This document shows, one piece after another, positions 9,631-18,741 of a DNA stretch of 64,000 nt (positions are counted from its first letter, which is position 1; each line of letters opens with the position of its first letter). The DNA comes from a bacterium. GTDB lineage: Bacteria; Zhuqueibacterota; Zhuqueibacteria; Residuimicrobiales; Krinioviventaceae. Location: the NCBI GenBank assembly GCA_963675755.2, contig CAXXMD010000002.1, positions 2,272,001 through 2,336,000 on the forward strand, read 5' to 3'. The notes under the pieces were generated by a model that did no database searches, had not been told where the DNA came from, and saw nothing but the letters and a program-made list of their open reading frames with translations. The position numbers were made by a program, and so were the translations under genes.

Positions 9631-10218
9631 TTGCAGGAAATCGTGAATTCGCAAAAGACTAAACACATTCAGGGCATTGGCCCCATTCAATTTGTACGCA
9701 GTTCAAAGGCCAAACGGGTCAACATCTCTATACGTCCCGATCGGGGTATACGTGTAGCGGTACCTCGCGGTATCTCATTCCAGCGCGCCGAGCAATTGAT
9801 AGAATCCAAACACGATTGGATAAAAAGTCACCAGGAAAAACTCAAAGCGGCAGAGAAATTTCATAATACTTTACAGCAGCAAGCCCCCACCAGCACCATG
9901 AATGTGAGAGAAGCAAAACTGTTAATCTCAAACCGGTTGAACCTGTTGTCAGAAAGATATGGTTTTTCTTATAATCGCTTGTTTATCAGGAACCAGAAAA
10001 CACGTTGGGGCAGTTGTTCATCGGTTAACAATATTAACCTGAACATCAAGATTGCCAAACTGCCGCCAGAACTCATGGATTATGTTATACTGCACGAATT
10101 GGTCCATACGCGCATCAAAAACCATAGTAAAAGTTTTTGGAACGAGCTCGATTATTACGTAGGAAATGCCAAAGCTGTTGACAAGGAACTAAAGAAATTC
10201 AAACTAGAATATTTATGA
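9631..10218 (+). CDS. YgjP/DUF45 (SprT-like) zinc-dependent hydrolase
   Basis: QKTRWGSCS, YVILHELVH, NHSKSFW motifs. Confidence 0.9.
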   Translation: MQEIVNSQKTKHIQGIGPIQFVRSSKAKRVNISIRPDRGIRVAVPRGISFQRAEQLIESKHDWIKSHQEKLKAAEKFHNTLQQQAPTSTMNVREAKLLISNRLNLLSERYGFSYNRLFIRNQKTRWGSCSSVNNINLNIKIAKLPPELMDYVILHELVHTRIKNHSKSFWNELDYYVGNAKAVDKELKKFKLEYL

Positions 10219-10225
10219 GCTAAAA

Positions 10226-11476
10226 ATGAATGAAAAGAAAACAATAAACTCGGATCTGATTCCGGACAGACAAAAACTTGAAGATGCTTACAATGAAAAT
10301 CTATCTCTGTTTGAGATTGAACTGCGCAGGCTAACCCGAAAACTAAAAAAAACCCTTTCTGAAAACCAGACCAACGCAACAATCAAATCTCGCGTCAAAT
10401 CCTTTGACAGCTTTTTTGATAAATTGTTGAATACTATACAAAATACCGGAACAAACGATATAGTTCTTACAGATATCATCGGAATTCGCATCATTACGCC
10501 TTTTCTTGAAGATCGTGATGGCGTTATTAAACTCTTGACCAATGAATTCAATGTTACAGAAATAGAATCCAAAGGAGAAAAACACTCTTTTAACGAGTTT
10601 GGCTACGATTCCACCCACCTCCTGGCGGATTTACCCGAGGGTTACCCCGCCATCAAAATGCCATATACCAAACCGGTATTTGAAATCCAGTTACGTACCA
10701 TCCTGCAGGAAGCCTGGGCTGAAGTTGAGCACGAATTGATCTATAAAGCCAATTTCTCTCTATTAAACACCTCCATCCGTCGCAAACTGGCATCACTTAA
10801 TGCAAGCCTTGCGCTTTCGGATGTTATCTTTCAGGAAATCCGCGACTATCAAAAAGAGATCCAAAATCTTGATGATAAACGTCGAGAAATGCTTTTAAAC
10901 AAGGTCAAAGAGATCGATAAAATGCCGCTGATTGACAAAATTGCTCCCAAACAGGACCTTGAAGCGAATATAAAAAGAGATATCAATTCGATTCAACCAC
11001 AACGAGAGCTGGACAAGCTGATTTTTGAAGCGCTGGATGCTCACAGCAATCAGCATTATACCCAGGCAATTCAAATATATACAGAAATTTTGAACCGGGA
11101 ACTGGAACCCAAAATATCATCCATCATTTACAATCATCGGGGTATGGCCTATTTTGTGCAATCTGAATATGAAAAATCTATTGACGACTTTACCAATGCA
11201 CTCCACTTTAACCCTAAAAACTTTAGAGCCCTGAACAACAGGGGTCTGGTTTATAAAATGGAGTCATTGCACGACAAGGCTCTGGCAGACTTTGAAGCAT
11301 CTATAGAAATTTTTCAAAACCAGGTAGACGGTTACTATGGCTGTGCCTTGATTCATTATGATCTCGAAAACTATTCCAGTGCCATCACCTATTGCAACAA
11401 GGCACTGAATATAAAACCGGACTTTTCGCCTGCAAAACAACTAAAAAGCATTATTGCATCAAAGCTATTTAGATAA
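10226..11476 (+). CDS. RelA/SpoT-type (p)ppGpp synthetase domain fused to C-terminal TPRs
   Basis: RVKS..S..DK, DIIGIRI, GYDSTH, EIQLRT, WAEVEHELIYK; TPRs (YNHRGMAYF, LNNRGLVY). No hydrolase/TGS/ACT domains. Confidence 0.88.
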   Translation: MNEKKTINSDLIPDRQKLEDAYNENLSLFEIELRRLTRKLKKTLSENQTNATIKSRVKSFDSFFDKLLNTIQNTGTNDIVLTDIIGIRIITPFLEDRDGVIKLLTNEFNVTEIESKGEKHSFNEFGYDSTHLLADLPEGYPAIKMPYTKPVFEIQLRTILQEAWAEVEHELIYKANFSLLNTSIRRKLASLNASLALSDVIFQEIRDYQKEIQNLDDKRREMLLNKVKEIDKMPLIDKIAPKQDLEANIKRDINSIQPQRELDKLIFEALDAHSNQHYTQAIQIYTEILNRELEPKISSIIYNHRGMAYFVQSEYEKSIDDFTNALHFNPKNFRALNNRGLVYKMESLHDKALADFEASIEIFQNQVDGYYGCALIHYDLENYSSAITYCNKALNIKPDFSPAKQLKSIIASKLFR

Positions 11477-11557
11477 TAAAAACAATTTGAAACTTTTTGC
11501 ACGTTTCTCCGTATTTTATTTGTTGGAAAAATTAATCATTTAAAAATGGAGTGAAAC

Positions 11558-13591
11558 GTGAAAAAAGTCTTTATGCTTCTTACACTTTTCAGCTTTATCC
11601 TGGTAGCAGGATGCACGCAATCCCCTCAAACCACTAAAGCAATCGATCCCCAAAACATGGATCTAACCGTAAAACCGGGCGATGATTTTTATCAATACGC
11701 CAATGGAAACTGGATCAAAAGCCATCCCATTCCGGATGAATACAGCCGCTATGGCGCTTTTGAGTACCTGATTGAAGAAAATTACATCAAAGTAAAGGAC
11801 GTTCTTACCAGTGCTGCAGCAAACAAAGATGCGGCAGAGGGCAGCCTTGAACAAAAGATAGGTGATTTTTACAGTACGGCAATGGATACGGTTGCCATTG
11901 AAAAAGCAGGTATTTCGCCTCTAAAAAAAGATCTTGAGCGCATTCAGGCAATCAAATCCCCGCAGGATATTATCAAACAAATAGCCTATATGCAATCACA
12001 CCAAATGTATGCACCCTTTGTTACCGCAGCCTTTCAGGATGCAAAAAACACCGAAATGGTCATCATTCAAATCTTGCAGGGTGGACTGGGATTACCAGAC
12101 CGTGATTATTATACAGAAAAAGACGGACGCTCTCAGGAGATCCGTAAAGAATACCTCGTACATCTTAAAAAAATGTTCATACTTGCCGGTGATGATGAAG
12201 CAGCAGCGCAAAAAGCCGCGGACGATGTTATGGCATTTGAAACACGCCTGGCAAAAGCATCCATGAAGCTCATCGATCGTCGTGATCCTAACAAAACGTA
12301 TAACAAAATGGATCTTGCCCAACTCAAAAAATATACCGGCAAATTTGACTGGGACCTCTATTTTGATTCAATCGACATGAAAAATCCGGGTGACATGAAC
12401 ATTCGCCAGACCGGTTTTATCAAAGAGATGGCAAAAATGGTTTACGATACCCCGGTAGACAACTGGAAAACCTATTTCCGTTGGCACCTGCTTGATCAAA
12501 ATGCAGGCTATCTGAGTGATGACTTTGTAAACCAGAATTTTGATTTCTTTGGCCGCGTGCTTTCAGGCACAAAAGCCCTGCAGCCCCGCTGGAAACGCAT
12601 GCTGCAAACCACAAGCGGAGAAATGGGCGAAGCGGTAGGACAATTGTATGTTCAAAAATACTTTCCACCCGAAGCCAAAGCTCGTATGGTTGAACTGGTG
12701 GAAAATTTAAAATACGCTCTGGGTGAACGCATCAAAGCGCTGGACTGGATGAGCGATGAGACCAAAGTTAAAGCGCTGGCCAAGCTGGACAAAATGGGTT
12801 ACAAAATCGGATATCCTGATAAATGGACTGATTACAGTTCGATGGAAATCAAAGATGATTCTTTCTTTGCAAACACCATGCGTACCCGTCACTTTAATTT
12901 TAAAGACGAAATGGACAAGGCAGGTAAACCGGTTGATCGTACAGAATGGCACATGTCTCCTCAAACGGTAAATGCCTACTATTCTCCTACCATGAACGAA
13001 GTGGTTTTCCCTGCGGCAATCTTGCAGCCGCCATTCTTTGACATGGCAGCAGACGATGCGGTTAACTATGGCGCAATTGGTCTGGTTATTGGTCACGAAA
13101 TGACACATGGATTTGATGACCAGGGCCGCCAATATGATCTGAACGGTAACATCAATGACTGGTGGACTGAAGAAGATGGTGAACGCTTTAAAGAACGCTC
13201 ACAGATCCTTGTTGATCAGTTCAACAACATGACCGTGTTTGATTCTTTGCATGTAGATGGCAAACTCACCCTGGGTGAAAACATTGCTGATCTGGGTGGA
13301 TTAAATGTATCTTATACTGCCTATCTCAAATCCCTTGAAGGCAAAGAAACGCCGGCTCCCATTGACGAATTAACAGACAAGCAACGCTTCTTTATTGGTT
13401 ACGCGCAGCTCTGGCGCCAAACCATTCGCGATAAAGAACTGATGCGCCGATTAAAAGAAGATGTGCACTCTCCCGGCAACTTTAGAGTAAATGGTCCCTT
13501 GACCAATATGCCCGAATTTTATGCCGCCTTTGATGTACAACCCGGCAACCCCATGTACCGTAAAGCAGAAGATCGAGCCAAAATCTGGTAA
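11558..13591 (+). CDS. pepO: M13 family metalloendopeptidase, lipoprotein
   Basis: DDFYQYANG.W, VNAYY, GHEMTHGFDDQG, GENIADLGG, HSPG.FRV; lipobox VAGC. Confidence 0.96.
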   Translation: MKKVFMLLTLFSFILVAGCTQSPQTTKAIDPQNMDLTVKPGDDFYQYANGNWIKSHPIPDEYSRYGAFEYLIEENYIKVKDVLTSAAANKDAAEGSLEQKIGDFYSTAMDTVAIEKAGISPLKKDLERIQAIKSPQDIIKQIAYMQSHQMYAPFVTAAFQDAKNTEMVIIQILQGGLGLPDRDYYTEKDGRSQEIRKEYLVHLKKMFILAGDDEAAAQKAADDVMAFETRLAKASMKLIDRRDPNKTYNKMDLAQLKKYTGKFDWDLYFDSIDMKNPGDMNIRQTGFIKEMAKMVYDTPVDNWKTYFRWHLLDQNAGYLSDDFVNQNFDFFGRVLSGTKALQPRWKRMLQTTSGEMGEAVGQLYVQKYFPPEAKARMVELVENLKYALGERIKALDWMSDETKVKALAKLDKMGYKIGYPDKWTDYSSMEIKDDSFFANTMRTRHFNFKDEMDKAGKPVDRTEWHMSPQTVNAYYSPTMNEVVFPAAILQPPFFDMAADDAVNYGAIGLVIGHEMTHGFDDQGRQYDLNGNINDWWTEEDGERFKERSQILVDQFNNMTVFDSLHVDGKLTLGENIADLGGLNVSYTAYLKSLEGKETPAPIDELTDKQRFFIGYAQLWRQTIRDKELMRRLKEDVHSPGNFRVNGPLTNMPEFYAAFDVQPGNPMYRKAEDRAKIW

Positions 13592-13608
13592 GATCTTTTA
13601 ATTAATTA

Positions 13609-13659
13609 TAAATAAAAACCCCGGTTCCTGATAATATCAAGAATCGGGGTTTTTATTTA
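13609..13659 (+). terminator. Intrinsic (bidirectional) terminator after pepO
   Basis: TAAATAAAAACCCCG...CGGGGTTTTTATTTA inverted repeat. Confidence 0.85.
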
Positions 13660-13697
13660 CAGAAGACAAATTCACACGGAAAGATAAAAATACCAGA

Positions 13698-13746
13698 CCA
13701 GTCCCTGAGTGTCCCGAACTTGCTTCGGGACGTATCGAAGGGCCGG
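13698..13746. repeat. Structured repeat family A, copy 1 (TGAGT-hairpin-GTATCGAA)
   Basis: CCAGTCCC-TGAGT-GTCCCGAA cttgc TTCGGGAC-GTATCGAA-GGGCCGG; related copies at 35878 and 57121. Confidence 0.75.
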
Positions 13747-13777
13747 CATTCTAAATTTATCCTGGTTCCAAGACTCT

Positions 13778-15390
13778 CAGACTGTGTGAAAACGGCCTTG
13801 AAAAAGTGATATATTTATCAGATATTGTTTCTTGAATGGAGGATGAAATATGCGCTATGTTCAGGGCCATACTCGAAACCAGGAAACGCTGTTTCCGTCA
13901 GTACTGGATGATTATGTTACAGAAGATAATCCCGTAAGGTTTTTGGACGCTTATGTTGATATGCTGGATTTGAATCAATTAGGATTTACCCATGCCGATC
14001 CCAAAGCAACAGGAAGAAAACCTTATAATCCAGCAGATATTTTAAAATTATATATTTATGGCTATTTGAACAAAGTTCGCTCCAGTCGCTTGCTTGAAAA
14101 AGAAACAAACAAAAACTTGGAAGTGATGTGGTTATTAAGAGGTTTACGACCGGATTTCAAAACAATTGCTGATTTTAGAAAAAACAATAAAGAAGCCTTA
14201 AAAAAAGTACACCGTGAATTTGTTTTTTATTGCCGGGAGCTCAATTTATTTGAGTTGGAATTAATTGCGATAGACGGTAGTAAATTCGCAGCGGTCAATC
14301 ATACCCGAAAGGCATATAGTAAAAATAAGATCACAAAACTTATCAAAGAAATTGATCAAAGTATTAATGAGTATCTTGATAATATTGAACAAAATGATTG
14401 CAATGAAAATGAAATATCAAGATCAACTAGGAAAGAAGTAAAAAAAAAGATTGAACAGCTAAAGGCACAAAAAAACATTCTACAAGAATATGAAGCCAAA
14501 TTAAAGGAATCAGGTGAAACTCAGCTTGCCCTGACTGATCCTGACTGTCGTGTTATGCGAACGGGACATAATGGGCAAGATGCGTGTTACAATGTTCAAA
14601 GTGCCGTTGACAGGAAATACAAACTGATTGTTGATTTTGATATTACAAACGAAGGGGATGACCTTCATCAACTAGATAATATGACAAACAGGGTGAAAGA
14701 GTTATTTAAAATTGGAGGGTTCAAAGCTGTCGCGGATTTAGGATATCAAGAGAGGGGTGAAATTAAAAAATGCTATGATAATAACATCAAATGTTTTCTA
14801 CCGGAAAGTAATAGATCGCATAACAGTGAAAAAGGGCTTTATTCCAATAAAGATTTTAAATATGATGCAAAAAATGATTGCTATATTTGTCCCGCAAAAC
14901 AATACTTGAAATGGTCATGGGCCAGGAATCATGGAGGTAAAATAGAAAAGGTATATTGGACTGCCGCTTGTCGGCAATGTAAGCAAAAATCAAAATGTAC
15001 AAAATCTAAAGATGTTCGACGTATTTATCGTTGGGAACATGAAGAAATATTAGAAGAAATGCGTCAACGGGTCAAAGAAAATCCGGAAATCATTGCTGCC
15101 AGACGAAATTTGGTAGAACACCCATTCGGAACCATAAAGCATGCGATGGGGCATTATTATTTCCTCTGTAAAGGGCTCGAAATGGTTAAAACCGAGATGA
15201 GTTTATCCGTATTGGCTTATAATATGAAAAGAGTAATGAATATAGTTGGTGTAAAGAAGCTTGTAAATATTATTAAAATGCGTAAAAGTATTGAAAAGAA
15301 AACAAAAAATTACTTTTATTCTCTTTTCAACTTATTGTTTCCCCAAAATATCAATCTTGCTGTTCAATTGTGATATTTTCACACAGTCTG
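13778..15390 (+). mobile_element. IS1182-family insertion sequence (1613 bp)
   Basis: Perfect 15-bp terminal IRs CAGACTGTGTGAAAA (13778-13792) / TTTTCACACAGTCTG (15376-15390); TCT duplicated at 13775-13777 and 15391-15393. Confidence 0.92.
13850..15373 (+). CDS. IS1182-family DDE transposase
   Basis: DUF772 N-terminus (GRKPYNP..ILKLYIYGY, SSR.LE, PDFKTIADFR); AIDGSK, TDPD, ADLGY, VEHPFGTIK; CPA...C..C...KC zinc motif. Confidence 0.95.
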   Translation: MRYVQGHTRNQETLFPSVLDDYVTEDNPVRFLDAYVDMLDLNQLGFTHADPKATGRKPYNPADILKLYIYGYLNKVRSSRLLEKETNKNLEVMWLLRGLRPDFKTIADFRKNNKEALKKVHREFVFYCRELNLFELELIAIDGSKFAAVNHTRKAYSKNKITKLIKEIDQSINEYLDNIEQNDCNENEISRSTRKEVKKKIEQLKAQKNILQEYEAKLKESGETQLALTDPDCRVMRTGHNGQDACYNVQSAVDRKYKLIVDFDITNEGDDLHQLDNMTNRVKELFKIGGFKAVADLGYQERGEIKKCYDNNIKCFLPESNRSHNSEKGLYSNKDFKYDAKNDCYICPAKQYLKWSWARNHGGKIEKVYWTAACRQCKQKSKCTKSKDVRRIYRWEHEEILEEMRQRVKENPEIIAARRNLVEHPFGTIKHAMGHYYFLCKGLEMVKTEMSLSVLAYNMKRVMNIVGVKKLVNIIKMRKSIEKKTKNYFYSLFNLLFPQNINLAVQL

Positions 15391-15450
15391 TCTGCTTTGG
15401 AACCAGAAATTTAACACTTGTAAACCTGCTTTATCCGTATTCTATTAATC

Positions 15451-16866
15451 CTACCCTTCCCAATCGGTGTGGAACGTACCCTCTTTATCGGTACGTTTAT
15501 AAGTATGCGCGCCGAAAAAATCCCGCTGCGCCTGGATCAGGTTCGCGGGCAAACGATCGCGACGCAAAGCCTCAAAATACGCCAGCGACGCCGAGATTGC
15601 CGGCAAAGGTACACCCATTATCGCACCCTCGGCAACCACCTCACGCCATCCTGAAACACAAGGTTGAATTTCTTTAATAAAACCATCATCCACCAACAGA
15701 TTGGGTAAATCGGGATTCCGGTCAAAAGCTTCATAAATCTTGTCTAAAAAATCCGCACGGATAATACAGCCGCCCCGCCAGATCTTGGCAATCTCGCTCA
15801 TTTTCAGGCAATACCTGTATTCCTGCGAAGCCCGTCGCAGCAGTACAAATCCCTGCGCGTACGAACAGATTTTGGAGGCATATACCGCGTCACGGATCTT
15901 GGGTATCCATGTTTCAGCGTCGCCCTGAAACGTCTCTACACTGGAGCCATACGCCTTTTGCGCAAGAGGGCGCTCCTCGTCCAGTCCTGAAAGCGCGCGA
16001 GCGTGCAATGCAGAAATTATTGTTGGTATGGGTTCACCCAAATCCAATGCAGCTTGTCCGGTCCATGTACCGGTACCCTTCATGCCGGCTCTATCAAGAA
16101 TATTATCCAGCAAAATACCTTTTTTATTCTGGTCGTCCGGAAAATTTACAATTTTCGATGTAATTTCAATAAGATAAGAAGAGAGTTCCTGTTTGTTCCA
16201 ATCGGCAAAGGTTTTTGAAACTTGGTCCGGGGTCAAACCCAAACCATATCGCAGCAAGTCATAAGCTTCGGCAATGAGCTGCATATCCCCATACTCGATG
16301 CCGTTATGCACCATTTTCACAAAATGCCCCGCGCTTCGTTGACCAATATAACTCACACAAGGCTCAGCTTTTTCACCGACTTTGGCGGCAATCCGGTTTA
16401 AATAAGGTTCAAGGTACTGGTACACACCCTGGTCACCGCCCGGCATCATACTGGGGCCCCATAAAGCTCCCTGCTCGCCACCGCTAATGCCCATACCAAT
16501 GTATTGAATACCGGTTCCTTCCAGGTTATCAATACGCCTGTCAGTATCAGAAAAATGAGAGTTTCCACCGTCAATCAAAATATCGCCCGGCTCCAGATGC
16601 GGCACCAGTTTCTGGATCACCGCGTCTACCGCTGTACCGGCAGTCACCATAATTAAAATCCTACGGGGACGTTCAAGTGCCTGAACAAATTCAAAAACGG
16701 TTCTGGCGGCAACAATATTTTTATCCATCCCTGCCCGTTGTAAAAAATTTTCAGTCAGGTCATAGGTATAATTATATACGGCAACCGGGATCCGGTTGCG
16801 CTCCATATTCAAAGCTACGCTGGCACCCATTACCCCAAGACCAAAAACTCCAAACTGACATTGCAT
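15451..16866 (-). CDS. gnd: 6-phosphogluconate dehydrogenase (decarboxylating), paralogue 1
   Basis: [50 protein letters not shown]. Confidence 0.95.
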   Translation of the reverse strand: MQCQFGVFGLGVMGASVALNMERNRIPVAVYNYTYDLTENFLQRAGMDKNIVAARTVFEFVQALERPRRILIMVTAGTAVDAVIQKLVPHLEPGDILIDGGNSHFSDTDRRIDNLEGTGIQYIGMGISGGEQGALWGPSMMPGGDQGVYQYLEPYLNRIAAKVGEKAEPCVSYIGQRSAGHFVKMVHNGIEYGDMQLIAEAYDLLRYGLGLTPDQVSKTFADWNKQELSSYLIEITSKIVNFPDDQNKKGILLDNILDRAGMKGTGTWTGQAALDLGEPIPTIISALHARALSGLDEERPLAQKAYGSSVETFQGDAETWIPKIRDAVYASKICSYAQGFVLLRRASQEYRYCLKMSEIAKIWRGGCIIRADFLDKIYEAFDRNPDLPNLLVDDGFIKEIQPCVSGWREVVAEGAIMGVPLPAISASLAYFEALRRDRLPANLIQAQRDFFGAHTYKRTDKEGTFHTDWEG

Positions 16867-17000
16867 ATATAAACTCCTTTTTTATACAGACACCTTCTTT
16901 TTAAAAATAAACATAAATCCAAAAAAAGCAATACAATAAAACAAAAAAATCAAGGTAATAAAATATCTGCCTTATTGTCACTTTCAATATCATCATCTTA

Positions 17001-18233
17001 CTATAGAAACAAAATCCTGCAAATATAAAGTGCAGCCAAAACACCCACCACATCCGCAATTAAACCGGCAGCAACCGCAAATCGGGTATTTTTTATATTC
17101 ACCGCACCAAAATAGACCGCAATAACATAAAATGTGGTTTCCGTGCAGCCGTACAGGGTTGATCCCAAATTTCCGATAAACGAATCCGGCCCATGGGTTT
17201 GCATCAACTCGGTAACCAGTCCCAATGTTCCGCTGCCGGACAAGGGCCGCATCAGCGCCGCGGGAAGTATTTCCGCAGGCATTCCAATCAAATCCGTTAA
17301 CGGAGCGAGAATTTTTACCAGTACACCCATAGCACCCGATGCTCTAAACATCCCCACAGCCACAAGGATCGCTACCAGATACGGAATGATGCGCACCGCT
17401 ACCTGAAATCCCTCTTTGGCACCTTCAATAAACAATTCATAAATGGGAAGCTTTTTTAATATTGCAACAAAGGGGATCAGTAACAATAACGTTGGTATCA
17501 CCCAATATGAAAAGGATGTAATGCTATGCTTAAAGGCCTCAGAGTTCATGATGAACAAAAGCGCCCTGCCAATACCGGTAAAATAAATGAATGCACCCAA
17601 ACCGGCAATACCCGCAACAGCAATGGTATAATTCTTTAAAGCGCCAATCCCCTTGCCGCTTCCCAGGTGAATGAACAGCTTTACAACAAAAATCACTGCA
17701 AGCGTAGCCATTAACGATGAAAATATAATCGTAAATATGATATCAACAGGATTAACAGAATTCAGGCCAACACGTACACCAATCATGGTCATGGGTATCA
17801 ATGTAATACTGGCAGTATTTAGCCCCAGCAGCATGATCTGCGCGTTGGTAGCAGTGTCCTTGTCAGGATTCAAGGTCTGTAGTTCTTCCATTGCCTTTAT
17901 GCCGAATGGCGTGGCCGCGTTTCCGAGCCCCAGCCAGTTTGCGGAAAGATTTAGCGTAACTGCACCTATTGCGGGGTGGTCCTGCGGAACATCCGGAAAC
18001 AGGAATTTTGCAATTGGCCGAACAAGACGCGCCAAAAAGCGAATGAATCCCGCTTCTTCAGCAATCTTCATCATCCCTAACCACAGGGTCATAATACCAA
18101 TCAAATCAAAAGCAATCCCCACCGAACTTTTGGCACTGCTAAGCACTGTGTCTGTCAAGAGTTCCATATTGTGGGTAAAACCCGCAACAATCACCGCAAC
18201 CGCTATCAGTAAAAGCCAGATATAATTGAGCAA
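17001..18233 (-). CDS. SpmA/SpmB fusion, nucleoside-recognition (Gate) membrane protein
   Basis: LGLGNAATPFGIKAM, EGAKEGF, RPLSGSG, ETTFYVIAVYFG motifs. Confidence 0.9.
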   Translation of the reverse strand: MLNYIWLLLIAVAVIVAGFTHNMELLTDTVLSSAKSSVGIAFDLIGIMTLWLGMMKIAEEAGFIRFLARLVRPIAKFLFPDVPQDHPAIGAVTLNLSANWLGLGNAATPFGIKAMEELQTLNPDKDTATNAQIMLLGLNTASITLIPMTMIGVRVGLNSVNPVDIIFTIIFSSLMATLAVIFVVKLFIHLGSGKGIGALKNYTIAVAGIAGLGAFIYFTGIGRALLFIMNSEAFKHSITSFSYWVIPTLLLLIPFVAILKKLPIYELFIEGAKEGFQVAVRIIPYLVAILVAVGMFRASGAMGVLVKILAPLTDLIGMPAEILPAALMRPLSGSGTLGLVTELMQTHGPDSFIGNLGSTLYGCTETTFYVIAVYFGAVNIKNTRFAVAAGLIADVVGVLAALYICRILFL

Positions 18234-18369
18234 AGTATTCTCCGTAATTTTTATTTATCCCTATTATAAAAATTTTTCACAACAAATAAAAATACTTGTT
18301 TCCTAATCGTATAGTTTGTAAATTTATTTGATAATTTTACAAAGGCCAATTTAATATGGAGGAAGAAAC

Positions 18370-18558
18370 ATGAAGGCTGTAGTTGATCCGGATCTCTGCA
18401 CAGGTTGCGAATTGTGTGTAGATACATGTCCAGAGGTTTTCGAAATGGATGACGATGTAGCAAAAGTTATTGTTGATCAGGTTCCTGCTGATTCAGAAGA
18501 TGGTGCACAAGAAGCTGCTGAATCTTGTCCTGCAGAAGCTATTGCTATTGAAGATTAA
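18370..18558 (+). CDS. Single-cluster [4Fe-4S]/[3Fe-4S] ferredoxin
   Basis: CTGCELC..CPEVF...CPAEAI; acidic 62 aa; strong RBS GGAGG. Confidence 0.92.
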   Translation: MKAVVDPDLCTGCELCVDTCPEVFEMDDDVAKVIVDQVPADSEDGAQEAAESCPAEAIAIED

Positions 18559-18587
18559 TAGCTCTTTTATCTGAATACAAATGTTAT

Positions 18588-18616
18588 GGCTGGCGCTTTT
18601 GCCGGCCTTTTTTTTT
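18588..18616 (+). terminator. Intrinsic terminator after ferredoxin
   Basis: GGCTGGC-loop-GCCGGCC followed by a T-run. Confidence 0.8.
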
Positions 18617-18665
18617 ATAGGTATGCCGATAAACTAAACTAAAAGCAATCGGATTCCTAAAATCA

Positions 18666-18722
18666 TTGACAATTAATCCAGTTATTATTATATTCGTGAA
18701 TAAATTTGAACCGGTTTAAATT
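18666..18722 (+). promoter_or_regulatory. sigma70 promoter and LacI-type operator upstream of dctP
   Basis: TTGACA (18666-18671), 17-nt spacer, TATATT (18689-18694); near-perfect palindrome AATTTGAACC|GGTTTAAATT (18703-18722). Confidence 0.7.
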
Positions 18723-18741
18723 CAATATATTGGAGGTTAAT

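Noticed and set aside
15291-15677. 128-aa ORF spanning the IS right end; also 35915-36289
   Set aside because: Chimeric read-through of IS end or repeats into the antisense strand of real genes.
5150-18233. Sporulation inferred from SpoIIE-like and SpmAB-like genes
   Set aside because: Both families are widespread in non-sporulators; context is hydrogenase signalling and transport, and outer-membrane genes are present.
18264-18343. Rex box upstream of ferredoxin
   Set aside because: Only one good half-site (TTCACAA); the TTTGTAAA/TTTACAAA repeat has the wrong spacing.
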